Assembly (NCBI RefSeq): GCF_037042905.1 | Contig: NC_087252.1 | Coordinates: 17,238,001 to 17,302,000, forward strand | Origin: Lytechinus pictus | Taxonomy: Eukaryota | Direction: 5' to 3' | Length of the DNA: 64,000 nt | Shown: piece by piece, positions 25,053-37,500 of the stretch | Numbering within the stretch: the stretch's first letter is position 1 | How the letters are laid out: each line of letters begins with the position of its first letter | Notes under the pieces: model-generated | The model's input: the letters and a program-made list of their open reading frames with translations, nothing else | Database searches by the model: none | Told to the model about the DNA's origin: nothing | Translations under genes and position numbers: made by a program

Positions 25053-25397
25053 ATACTAAATAGGTTCATTATTGCGGAATGAAATAATCGCTAGAGGGTA
25101 ATCATTTGTCTCGCAATCTACTATGGTCAACAAGGAAATTCGTGATCACTCTCGCAAAAAGTGTTTACTAGCTTTCTAGGAAATTCGTGATCACTCTCGC
25201 AAAAAGTGTTCACTAGCTTACAAGTTCACGAGCTTTCGAGTGCCGCTGCAACTCTTTATCAAGTGACGAAAATTATCTGATACGGTAGTCAATTTATACC
25301 AATCCCCAGGACCGTTAACACGAACGCGGGAACAATAGGTGGGCACTGATCCGTTATGTGATTGGTCGGGCGTATATGCAAATAAGCCGGAGGTATA
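25053..25397 (-). mobile_element. Penelope-like retroelement terminal fragment
   Basis: 13-bp direct repeat TGATTATGTCATA at 25040-25052 and 25398-25410; hammerhead-like motif inside. Confidence 0.65.
25226..25266 (-). ncRNA. Minimal hammerhead ribozyme-like motif (U3-A8 variant)
   Basis: Minus strand UCAC UUGAUAA A GAGU-loop-ACUC GAAA GCUC GUGA. Confidence 0.6.
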
Positions 25398-25559
25398 TGA
25401 TTATGTCATATTCCCACTTTGTTATTTTGTATTTTATTAATAAAATTATGTTTATTCAATTTGTTTTCCTCACAAGAACTAAAAAAAATTGATTGGCAAC
25501 TGATTGAATGCAACAGACATTCATTGCTGCAACTAATTTTATCATAAGGGAGACACATT

Positions 25560-25810
25560 CACACATCATTATCATCATATCAGCCATGTTCAGCCCACTG
25601 CAAGGCGAAGGCCTCCTCAAGTTGGTGCCAAAGGTGCTTGTCTTGTGCTGATGCAATCCAATTTATGCCAATGAATTTTGTGAGCTCGTCACTCCATCTC
25701 AATTTTTGTCTACCCCGATTTCGTGATCCTAGCCATGGTCTCCATTCTGTGATGCGTTTGGTCCACCTATTACTTACAAGGTGGCCAGCCCATCTCCATT
25801 TCATTTTTTT
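25560..25810 (-). mobile_element. 5'-truncated RTE-clade LINE 3' end
   Basis: KWRWAGHL...WTKRITEWRP...RGRQKLRWSDEL...EEAFALQW then a (TGA)n tail. Confidence 0.85.
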
Positions 25811-27229
25811 CGTACAGTATATGAAAAAATGAAATAATTATGATTTTATGTAATAACACGACATAAGGGAAAGTGGGGATGTGACATCAGCCACCTTATG
25901 AATATTCATGACGATGTGCATATAACTGTTTTCACAAAATATTGCTAATTTCTAAAATTCAATAACTCTGTTATTTGTAATCCGATTTTGATGAAATTTT
26001 CAGCATTTTACTGTTATTTTACTTAGATGTAATTATTTTCAGCCCGGAGTACCCCTTTAATAACATTCTTGTCTTTCTTCAAATTTTGATACGTCATAAT
26101 ACAACAGAGATGAAATGAACTGTCACCCCCCCCCCCCCCCCCGAAATGTTTTACGTTAATGAATTACTGTATTTTGTTTGCATTTAATACAATAATTTAA
26201 AAAACGAAACATAAAAAGACATGTTTTTTTTTATTATTCTGACCATTATGAATTAGGCCAATCTGGATAGTATTTAAAAAAAGCTGTTTTACCTCTTCAG
26301 AATTCAATTCATTATGAAATGTTTACAATATTCATCGTGTACAACAAGACACATCAAGATACATCAATATTCATCGTAATGAAGATAAAGTACATCATTA
26401 AATACATAACAAATAGAAGCAAGTCTCAACTTCGTTCAAGATTAGTAAAAGGTCTCCATATTTTATAATGTAACTTTTCCTTGCTCTTTTTAAACGCAAT
26501 AACATTTTCATCAAATTTCAACTCAGTTATGAATAAAGCTTACGAATTTTCCTTCTTGATATTTTGTTCTGAAAATAAAGTTCATTGCAAATAAAATTAT
26601 TGTGTTTGAAAGATGTTGAAACTTACTTGGAAAACCAAAACACATATCAATATTTGAAAATTTGTGACAACTTATATTGTGAAAATCCAACCAAGTATAT
26701 CAATTTATTTTATATTCATTTTTTATTTTGTTTATTATTTGTGTGTTTGTGTGTGTGGGGGTTCTTTAATGATTATTCACGAGAGAAATAAGTAGCGTAC
26801 TCTTAACAGGTAATTCAGACTTCTTTCTTGACAGAGCCCTGTGCGAGTTTTCGTTGCCAAAAAAAAGGTGCTTGGATCAGAAAAAGAAATTGACTAGCAA
26901 AAAAAAAAAGGAAACAAAAAAGTGGTTTATCTCCAAAATTAATGCAATTTTGGTCAGAAAAAAAATGGTTTCGTTACAAATTAATGGAGATTCGGGTCAA
27001 ATTTCTACATTTTAGCATATACTAACCTATTCCAGGGGATGCTGGTTGTGGTGTATAATATATGCAGAATTCTCCCCCCCCCCCCCCCCCCCTCGCATTA
27101 ACCCCGCTACACAGGGACATCAAGTTTCTAGCCAGACGGGATCTTACAGCTTTTGGATGCTAGTTAATGTTTAACATAAGCAGAAACAAACCACATATCC
27201 GTATAGGATGTACACCTCCGCGGCACCGA

Positions 27230-27320
27230 TTTAATGACGTCACATTGGACCAAATCTTGCCTCTATCTTATATGTTGGAACACTCATCATCGCTTCTATA
27301 CATTGATTGGCAATGACTGG
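27230..27320. promoter_or_regulatory. Motif cluster upstream of the VWC gene (CRE, inverted CCAAT boxes)
   Basis: TGACGTCA at 27235-27242 followed by ATTGG motifs, ~1.1 kb upstream of the ATG. Confidence 0.25.
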
Positions 27321-27561
27321 TATAGATAGGCGGAATTGGACGTCTTGCCAGCTTGCAAAAGTCACAGTGTCTTCCCAATCGTCTAGTCGTTGCCTCCGTG
27401 CACGCTAGCTTTGAGGCAAAGTGAAGCCCACTTTTTTTGCGAGGGGCTGCATGGAGCTATATAGGCACCCCCTTGCACGATTCCAAGGTGGGAGCGTCTT
27501 CTTTACTTTACTATCCAAGCCTCCTGCACCCCGAAGATCAAGCAAACTTGCTCCTCCTTAA

Positions 27562-28136
27562 AGATCAAGTCCACCCCAGAAAAATGCACGTTGATCTGAA
27601 TCAACAGAGCAAAATCCAACAAGCCTAATGCAGAACATTTCATCGGTTGTTAAATAAGAAAGTTATTACTTTTTAAAGTGTCGCTTATTTTTCACAAAAT
27701 AGTTATATGAACAAGTGACATATGCAAATGAGAGAGTCGATGATGTCCCTTACCATTTATTTTGTTTTTATTGTTTGAATGGTACAATACATGTAATTCA
27801 TTTTTTACAAATTTGACAATAGGGACCAACTTGACTGAACCATGAAATGTTAAGACAATGGTAATTCCACATGTCCAGAGAGGAATAAAACTTTCTTTCA
27901 CGCGACAATGAGGGGAAAATAAGAATATTTCATAATAATAAAATAAAAAATGAGTGGATAACATGAGGAGTCCCGTCATTTGCATACGGATCAGGATAAC
28001 TGTTTTGTGAAATTAAGCGAAATTTAAAAATGTCATTTTATTTCATATCCAATTTTGATAACATTTTCAGTGTTATGCTTGGATTTTTTTTCACTTTTTA
28101 TTCAAAACAACTTTTTTGTAGGGGGAGAATTGTCCT
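27562..28136. mobile_element. Kolobok-like MITE
   Basis: TTAA-bounded; same family as 8634 and 55148 copies. Confidence 0.7.
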
Positions 28137-28420
28137 TTAAGTCTCATCGAAAACTTGAACATATCTTCTCTGTTGGATCTCTTCCCCCTTAATGTAACGA
28201 GGAACCTGGCAGATGCGCTGAACATCCCTTCAAATTTGAGCTGGCAGAGAACTACTGTTTAACCATCACCATGATCACAGTATGATATCTTCCTTTACAA
28301 TCTCAGACATAAAAATATAAGTCTGAGACAAGACCGAAGACACAACGCGGATTCGTACACGCCCGAGAAGGAAATTAACTTGGAGATCAGATAAACGTCT
28401 GCTTTTGGTGATACGTAAAA

Positions 28421-28529
28421 ATGGAGGGACTTATTTTAAACAAATCGTTGATGGCTAAAAGAGTCTTCCTCGTTTGGATTTCTGTTATATTTGGCGGTGC
28501 TTTCAATGGATTAGTGCAAGGAGGCGATG
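28421..28529 (+). CDS. Exon 1, signal peptide (MEGLILNKSLMAKRVFLVWISVIFGGAFNGLVQGGD)
   Basis: aaaATGG context, basic then hydrophobic stretch, VQG cleavage-like site, G|gtgaga donor in the matching phase; start could be the second Met. Confidence 0.7.
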
Positions 28530-31500
28530 GTGAGAACGTTGCTTTTTTCAATTTATACTTTATTTGGCGAATTTTGTTTTGGGTCATTGGCAACTAATCA
28601 TAAGATGAGAAGTTTACCGAGTTATTATCCTACACAATATAGGCCCTATTCACTATCATAGGTTTACTATGACTATTAGCAGAAATGATCGGCCTCACAA
28701 AATCATATTAAAGGGGTACTCTGGCATGGCCCTGGGGTTCCATGACATTTGGTCCGGCGACAATTGCTCCGATGGAAAATCTACACATTAAGTGAAACAT
28801 AAAACCTAACCTCCAAAACTAAATAAACCCTAATCGTAATCATTACAATATTCTGAACCAAAAACTGTATCACAATCCTATCTCTAATCCTATGCCCTCT
28901 GTGATATTATGACCGGAGCAATTGTCGCAGGAGCAAATGTCGTGTCACCGGCCCTGGGACGCGGGGTGTTCGGGGTGCAACCCCCCCCCCCTAAAAAAAT
29001 CCTTTGGGTGCTGCGTGTATTATTTTCCATAGACAGCAGCCTCAGGTGTTGTGGAAGATGTGTAAAAATTGAAAGAAATTTAACCAAAATGGCCTTTATT
29101 TTGTAGTGAAACCCTTTTTATTTTGTTGTTACTTTCTTTTCAATTATCTCGCGACGAATTATTTGACCTCCAAATTTGAAGTGAAAACCTTTGTATTTTT
29201 TTTCTTTTCAAATATACCCCTCAGCACCCTCAGAAAAAATTGTTTCCAGGGCCCTTGACTGTGGGCTGAATTAAATTATATCTAAACAGTGAATTCATTA
29301 CAAATTCATTATCATAGGTCTCTACCATTGACATAAGAGATCAGCGACAACAATCCATATTAAAGTGGGTACTCCGGGGTGAAAACAATTAATATATTTA
29401 ATTCGGTATAATTATAAACTAAGGTTCAACGAGCAACAAAACGCCGAAAATTCATCAAAATCTATCGTCATAAATCACGAAATTATAGAGTTTTGGAGTT
29501 TATTACTGCTTTGTGAAAACGTTCATAAATATGCATAAGGTGGGCTAGCTGATGTCATGTCTCCACTATCCTTTTCCATACGTCATGAAATCATAATTAT
29601 TTCATATTCCAACACATGACTGTGTATGAGACGTCTCCCCTGCAACAAAATAAGATCCATCAATCTTGGCAATTTTTATCTTACACATCGAATCATAGGC
29701 CCCAGTCATATTTTTCTTCATTCTTGGAGGACATATTTCAAATAGATTTAATTTCATATAATGATATAGCAAAATAAATTGGGATATGACATAATAAGGT
29801 TACTGCTTAGTGCAAGGCCTATTCATGCAGACATGCGTAAAACTGTTTCACCGAAATAATACAATTCAATTAATCTTATTCAATCATTTGAAAATTAATG
29901 TACAAACCAAAATATATACAAATCTTACATGAATGTACAATATAGTTTAAATGAACAGGGTGCCCCTAAAGGCAAAAGCTTGATGAGTGGTACACCCAAT
30001 AGATATAATATATAAACGTACATAAAAGTGAAAGAGTAACAATAATAAATAAATACGAACAATACATAAGAAGTTTAAATGTCATATATTTGTATTCCTT
30101 GTCCGGTTTTTCAGTCTAGGATTCGGTAGTTTTCTTGAGGGGATGCATTTTTGCCCCCAAATATTTTTAAAAGACCCAACCCCCACTTCCGGAAAAAAGG
30201 TAATCACTACAAATGACAGAGATTATTTGTTCTCCAGAAAATATTGACAAAAAAGTCCATCACTCCCAAATGAACACATTTTGGTTGCTTTTCCTTTATC
30301 TTTCTCTCTTTTTTGTTGCAATCTTACAGATCGAGTATAGCCGCACCTACCGCTTCCCCTCCTTCCCTAAATCTTCGCCTGAAATAAGCCTATAGCGTTA
30401 CGTCATCTATCAATTCCAATGAAAAAAAGCATTGAATTTCAAATATGGAAGACAGATTATTGCCCCATGAAAGTAATTTTATCATTGTTATCTCTTTCCA
30501 TTGTGCCATCATGTATTTATAGAAGGAAATACTCATGACAATATTTACAAAAATGGCGTAATAGCGAAAATAATAAACATAAACAGCGCAAATGATTGGA
30601 CTTTAATAACAAAAGTGAAGAGGGAAGTAATATTTAGTTTCTTTCATCATGGATTGTTTAACAGTAGTTTTTTAAAGTTCTTTTCATGACATTTCTTATA
30701 CGTCTACGATATTCGCTGTATTGCCAAAAGATTACACTATATTCGTTCTAAGTAATTATAAAAAGCTGCCCACGTACATTTTGTTATCTCTTCATTAACT
30801 TTCCTTCTTGACAGCAATGCTATAGACTATCCCTCCCCCTTTTTTAAAATTTCATATACTCAATGGCGAAATGAGCCAAAATATCTTAGAACGCATTATG
30901 GTGTATGAACGGGGGTGGGGAATCATGAAAAACTTCTAGCAAGCGAACATTTTTACCTTATTTTTTTAATGAAAAAATAATCTTGTAAAAAAAAAAAATG
31001 ACATAGCATTTGACTCTAGCAGATAATGCAATTTCACCCTGTTTCTTTTCGTTTTTCCTCCTCATTCTTTGTTGTCTTAGAAAATATTTGCAATCAATGG
31101 CAAATATTTTACAATTGATTGATCACTTTTAACTTTATCAAATCAGATAACACTCCTTGTATCATGGAACATATTAGCAATCAATCGAAAATTCACAATT
31201 AATTGCACGGCATATGCTTGATTTCGGGAACGATAATAGACTTGCAATTGATCGCAAGTTTCTTGCAACGCCCCATTAGAACTTTTAGGCGGTGAATGGT
31301 TTGTGTTTATTTAAAATCACTGGCGTGTAAATTATTTTAATATTGATTTTAAATAAAACAGTAGGTATGTTAACCTATGCCTATCAATTAAAAAAGATTA
31401 CTTGAACTCTCTCTGAACGAAAAGAAAAGTATCATATTACAGTTGTATAAAATTAAGCATTCTGTTTGCTTTTATGTTTCGTGTATGCAGTGGCGTACCG

Positions 31501-34500
31501 TGGTTCACGGCATATGGGAGGGGCACCAACAAAAAATATGAGTCACTTAGTTGGCGCGCGAAGCGCGCTCAATAACCAGGTGTACTAGTCCAATAGAGAA
31601 ATTTTAAGGACTGTGTCATTAAACGGATATGTATCTCACTGATCAAATAACGCGAGGGCGATGCTCAAGCTATTTTTTTATTCAGGCCTAAAAAGTGACA
31701 TTTTAAGCAAATATTTGTAATCAAAATACTTACCTGTCTCACTAAATAGATAATGCGAGCGCGAACTGAATTTTGTGTATATTTTGACCCCATACAGGGA
31801 CATTTTAAGGACTATTTTTTTTTAATCCATAAAGAGAATACATATCGCATCATAGTCATCTAATGCGAGCGCCAAGCGCTTGCAGATTTTTTTGCTCTTT
31901 TTTTAAGAATTTCACCTAAACACATGAAGCACTTTTTATAGTCATTGTAATCATGACCATGATACTATCTCACTTATCTATTTTTTTTTTGAAATTCAGA
32001 CCTGAAGAGGGGTATTCTAAGCATGGGCGGAAATCCCAGGGGGACGCGTGCCCCGTACCCAAAACAATAGGACACAATATCAAATGTCCCCCTACTATTT
32101 TTGGTATTTTATGATGGAAAGAAATACATTATCAAAAATCGAAATAAAACATATATTTTGGACGAAATGACCTTACTTTTTAGATGATAACTTTTTTTTT
32201 GCTTGTCAAATTCATTTTGGTCGAAATGACCTGACATTTGGGGTGATAACCTTTTTTTGCTTGTCAAATTTTCCAGCCCCTGGCACCTCTACCTTTGGGG
32301 AGATTTCCGCCTCGATTCTAAGGCTTGTTTGTAGGAGTTCAATAAGACCATACGTATTTTCACTAACCAAATAATGCGAGCGCGAAGTGCTGGCTGAAAA
32401 TTGTTGATATTCAGATGAGAAAAGGGCCCTAATAAGAACTGTTTTAGGAATTCTTGAAGAGCAGACATATATCACCAATCCACTAATTGCGAACGTAAGC
32501 ATGCACGGACTGGGAATGTTTTTATATTCAGACCTTAAAAAGGGGCAATCAAGTAGTCATGAATATATAAGCATATGTCACTATATAATATAACAAAAAC
32601 TCGTGCAAGGAAATATATTTGGTGTATATTGACTTGAAAACGGAATGTTTTTAGTATCATGTTATCCCCTTAAACAGGATTATTTATCCCATTAAACAGG
32701 CAAAGTGAGCACCAAGAGTGATGAACACATAGGCCCTAAGCAAATGATGTTTCATAAAGTTATGATGAAATATCATACAATACATATAATGCAATTGACA
32801 AAGAATGTATTATGATACATGTATGATATCATATAATATAACATAACATGATATGATATGATAAAATACAATATAATATACAATAATTTCTTCTTCGCCT
32901 ACTACGTTTCTCTTTCTTTGTCCGTCCTTTTCTCCTCCCCCCTTTTTTTTGAGGGGGGGGGGGGGCACGTGCCCCTGTAGTTAAGATATTGTGTGTATTA
33001 TTAAGCCTACAGAGACAATGACATATCTTAATACTTGTCAGTGTGCTCTCCTTTGAAATCTCTCAATGGAAATATATCACACTGATTGGTGCTTTCATTT
33101 TATTGCTAAAATGAAAACACTGTCCAAATTTGTGTCGAGCATGGCAGTCAGATGGGAAGCGAGAAACTAGGCCATTACATCGTTGTCATGTCAGGCGTGA
33201 TGTCACGACGAATAGATAAAATGTCAAAGGTCATTGCCAAGGGGAAAGTCGGGGGAGCCAAGTTAAGTCCAGACGTTATAGTAGGTAAATCTAATTACAC
33301 TAAAAGCAGGGTTAAGTGGGTGTCATCTACATGCTGAGAAAAATAAGTTTCAAAAGACGCATGTCCTGGGAGGGAGGAGAACGAAGAATGGATTAGTTTT
33401 ATTGCAAGTATTCCTTCTTTAAATGTTATTATTCGATTGTTTGAAACTTCAACTTAAATTTTATGATATCTAAAATCAGGATTCATTATTTTTTTAATTG
33501 AGTTCAACCCAAATAGACAAGATGTTTCTGAAGATAAAGAGACACCATACAAGTAGATATTTAGATGAAAATTTAAATAATATCGGACGAACATTAATAC
33601 AGTTATGGTAATTGGTAATCACTTTACCTATGGAGACTTCATTTTGGCTACATAGGGGATGTCATAATGATGTAAGGCAAGGGCGGCTCTTTTATTTACC
33701 CTAGTACATAAACATGGCTAAGTCTCCCACCCCCTAAGTCTTACTCTACTTTCTATTTTTCTTACATGGCATGCATGAGGACACCATAAAACACAATCCT
33801 ACCTGCGTTCGATTACTGCCCCAGTGGAATACGTACTATGAGAAAACCATTAATCCCTTATACAAGTCCATGCCCATGAGAAATGTGTCCACGCCACTTG
33901 TCATTATTTACCTAGTTGCCAAAACAGCTATAACTTTGTTATTGCTTGTCCAGTTGCTTTTAAAATTCCACTATTTTATTTTACCCAACAATCTTAACTG
34001 TACATGTTAAAGTATATATTTATATTTGTTCAACATGTGCAAAAAATATTATCGATTGTAAATATCACTCGTATTTCTTATGTTTATACCCCAACCTGAA
34101 TTGGTAAAATAAAGTAAGAAAACATCGGATTGTTGTCCACCTCATTAGAGCCAATACACATGGTAGGTAAACAACTGTGGTCCCATAACGTAGCCTTGTG
34201 GTATCGCCTTTTTCAGTCAGTCAGTAGTTAAATGCTTAAAGGCCATCCAATGGCATATGGCCTTTGCTCGAAATTTACCCCCATAAATTTATCATATTAA
34301 TCATATCAATAATGGTATATTTGCATACTCTCATCGGACTGGTGAAATGTATTTCATTAAGATGAATTTCGATCATTTTACTTGTTTTGACAACACATTT
34401 TTTATAACATTTTCCTTGCGACAGGCTGGGACAGCGCCAGTCACAATAAGGTTTACAGCAGTGATCCACTACCTTGCACCTTCAAAGGCGAAATGTACTT

Positions 34501-37500
34501 CCACGCCGATTCGTGGATCATCGATCGAGATACGGAATGCCATTGTAATGACAGTGACGTCATCTGTGACGTCATGACTTGTCCATACCTGGACTGCGAC
34601 AATCCTATCCCGATTCCGAAAGAACCATGTCCGATCTGTTTCCACAGTGAGTTTTTTCAAATATTTATTTATTATTTATTCATGTTTTATTTTACAAATG
34701 ATAAAGTAAGGTGGTGGGTAGTCAATATTCAAATAATTGTGTTTTAATTTAGTGCTCGGAAGATTAACTAAATTGAAATTATCATTGCAAAATAAAAAAG
34801 AATGGAACGAAAATGTTACATTTAAAGGTGTCAGTTAGATCATGGCTTTTAAGTCCATTTCGGGTGTGAAAATGGTAACTTGACTCTTTGATAACGAATG
34901 CTCTTAACACTTGGATTGTTGCATGCAGTTATCATCAATACTATTACAAGGGCAAGTTTCCTGAAGAATAAATGAATGCGATAACTTTGCCATTAATGGT
35001 AACTACCATGGTAACGCGGCTAATCACCATATATCTCAGGGTTTCCATAATAGCTGGCAAACTTATTGCAACCTTAGTGTTCATTAAAAGGTGCTTGAGA
35101 TTTTGATACATGCTAGTATAATTAATTGTCATCCCAGGTCAAGATCAAGGTCATAATGACGACACAACAGTGATTTTCATTTTTTTTCTTTTCTCCCGCA
35201 TTCACTTCCATATATCTCTACTCCCCCAAACGTCTTTCTCTGATTAGACGTCATTGTCCAATTACTTAACGTCAAACTCCATCCTCTAAATGACGTCATG
35301 ACTGCCTACGTACCCGTCACATTGACCTTTGACATCGATGTCCTATTCGAGGAATTTTCTCAGACGACAAGTGTAACCGGGAAACGCCTGTGGAAGGTCT
35401 CGGCATGGGGGAGCAGTGAACCAGACGGCGGAGGAGCTTGGCATGGTTACGTCGATCAAGTCCTCACCGCACGTCAGTCGTCAAAGTCACATAAAAGAGA
35501 CACCGATTTCGTCATTGATGAAATAACCTTTGACCTTGTTCCGCCGTCGTGTGAAGCTGTCCGTTATATCTGCGTAAGTTTTGCCCGGGGCGACGCACCC
35601 GTTACAAAGACGCAGTTGGAACTCATATTCACCGGAACCGATGATGAAAAGAAAGATGTAAGGAAGTGTGTGCGAGCCCCACGCTGTGACGGTAAGTTCT
35701 AGCCTCTATGGCCCGTATTCCGAAGTCGGGTTTGAATTGGACCTCGATCTTGGTTCAGTAAGAATCCGGTTTAGAATAAAACTCAAGAGCAACGCTAAAC
35801 TCCGACTTCAGAATACTGACCTACGAATCTAGAGGTCTGTTGGTGGGGACCTATGTGGGCTGAAGACAAGGGCCCATGTGATATTTCGATCATGTTGTGA
35901 AAAGGGAGGAAGAGGATAAAAATTAGGGGAAGAGTGAGAAACAAAGAAATAAAATTATGTCGTAAATGGACCTGCATGGGCCGCTAACTCCGTAATAAGC
36001 CAGTTCGTAGTTCCACTCTGCGCATGATCAGAAGACGCTGCACATGATGAGAGGAAGGTCGTTGGTACTAAAAAGACATGGTGGTTTAAAATTCAACGAG
36101 ATAAGCACCAACTTTGATGTCTTGATTATTCATATATTCTATTGAATTGTGTTTTTCATTTACATCCACTAAAAACAATGCGTCCACGAATGACTGGTAT
36201 TCGGGCTGGTATTTCACAGTTTGCCAAGTACATTGTACAACATGCTAAAATATGCAATTTCAAAGTAAAAATGCAACAAATACCTTCAAAGAGTTTCATT
36301 GGAGTGCTATTCTAGTCACCTGGTCTATTCAATTTCTTCATCCTGCTATGTAAGGCATGCTTGCGTAATATCTTGCTTTGAAATCTGCCTTTCACAATGA
36401 AAGAAATGAAAGGTCATTTGACCAATATTGTCTATGAAGTAACTACGAACTGGTCTATACGATTGCTCATACCAACGCCTGCGTGGCGGTTGCGAAAACT
36501 TCCTATTGTCTGTCGATGCTTCGCTCTTCGGTTGTCGACAAGAGCCATAATAATGAAGGGAGTACTTTTCCATAAGTGAAAATGACAAAGTCCTTCAATT
36601 CGACAACAAAAAACAGTTAACCGAGTCCTGCAATCATGAAGAATATATTTAACGATTCGGCAAAATAAAAGAAAAAGGTTTTTAGAATCCCGAAGTGGTG
36701 GAATTTTCTTGAAGCTAAAGGTTATCGACACACCATGAATGTACATTGTTATTATCATTGACTGTAATGAGGTTAAATGGCGTACATGGCATATGGCCTA
36801 AATAACAGTTATTGAATTTAGAACTCAAATAAAACACTGGTTCCACCCCAATTACGTGACTGAATAGGAGAAAAACAAGAGAAGAAGTAGCAAGGAAGAT
36901 GATGATAAAGTAGAAGAGGAAGGAGGGACAGAAGTAGAAAATGAAGGAACAGAGGAAGAAGGAGAAGAGAAAGGGAAATGGGTTGCAGAAGTAATATAAG
37001 AAGAGAACAAAGAAGAAGGAGAAGAAAAAGAAGAAGAAGGAGGAAGAAGAGGTGGAGGAGGAAGAAGAAGACACTATAATTTCAAAGCACAACTTTATTT
37101 CAAACATTTGTTTTCCTTCCCAGAACCAGTTCCTCTCCCACCAAAGTCGATCATGGGACAGACATGTCGGTCCGGGGGACGGGAATACCTGCCCGGTGAA
37201 GAATGGAAGAAGTCCGCCTGTGTCAGTTGTGTTTGCGAAGATGGACAGGCTAATTGTGAAACCGAGAGATGCTTACGTTCTAACTGCGCTAACCCTGTCC
37301 AGGTGGAAGGGGTATGCTGCAGAGTCTGCCCTTATAGTAAGTAGTTTTGGCCCCTTTTTCATTTCCCACAATAGTACTAGCTATGTGTAATAGGGCCTAC
37401 CCATATTGCAACTGTATTTTAATTGTGGTTGATCAGATCAATCGAAACTCTTTTTTTTTTCAAACGGGGCCGCCCTGCTGGTATTAGGGTCATTTTTTCT

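Larger units (their letters stand above)
24863..26056. mobile_element. Kolobok-like MITE hosting two retroelement insertions
   Basis: TTAA|GGGTACTCC.GGCTGAAAA ... TTTTCAGCCCGGAGTACCCCT|TTAA. Confidence 0.75.
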
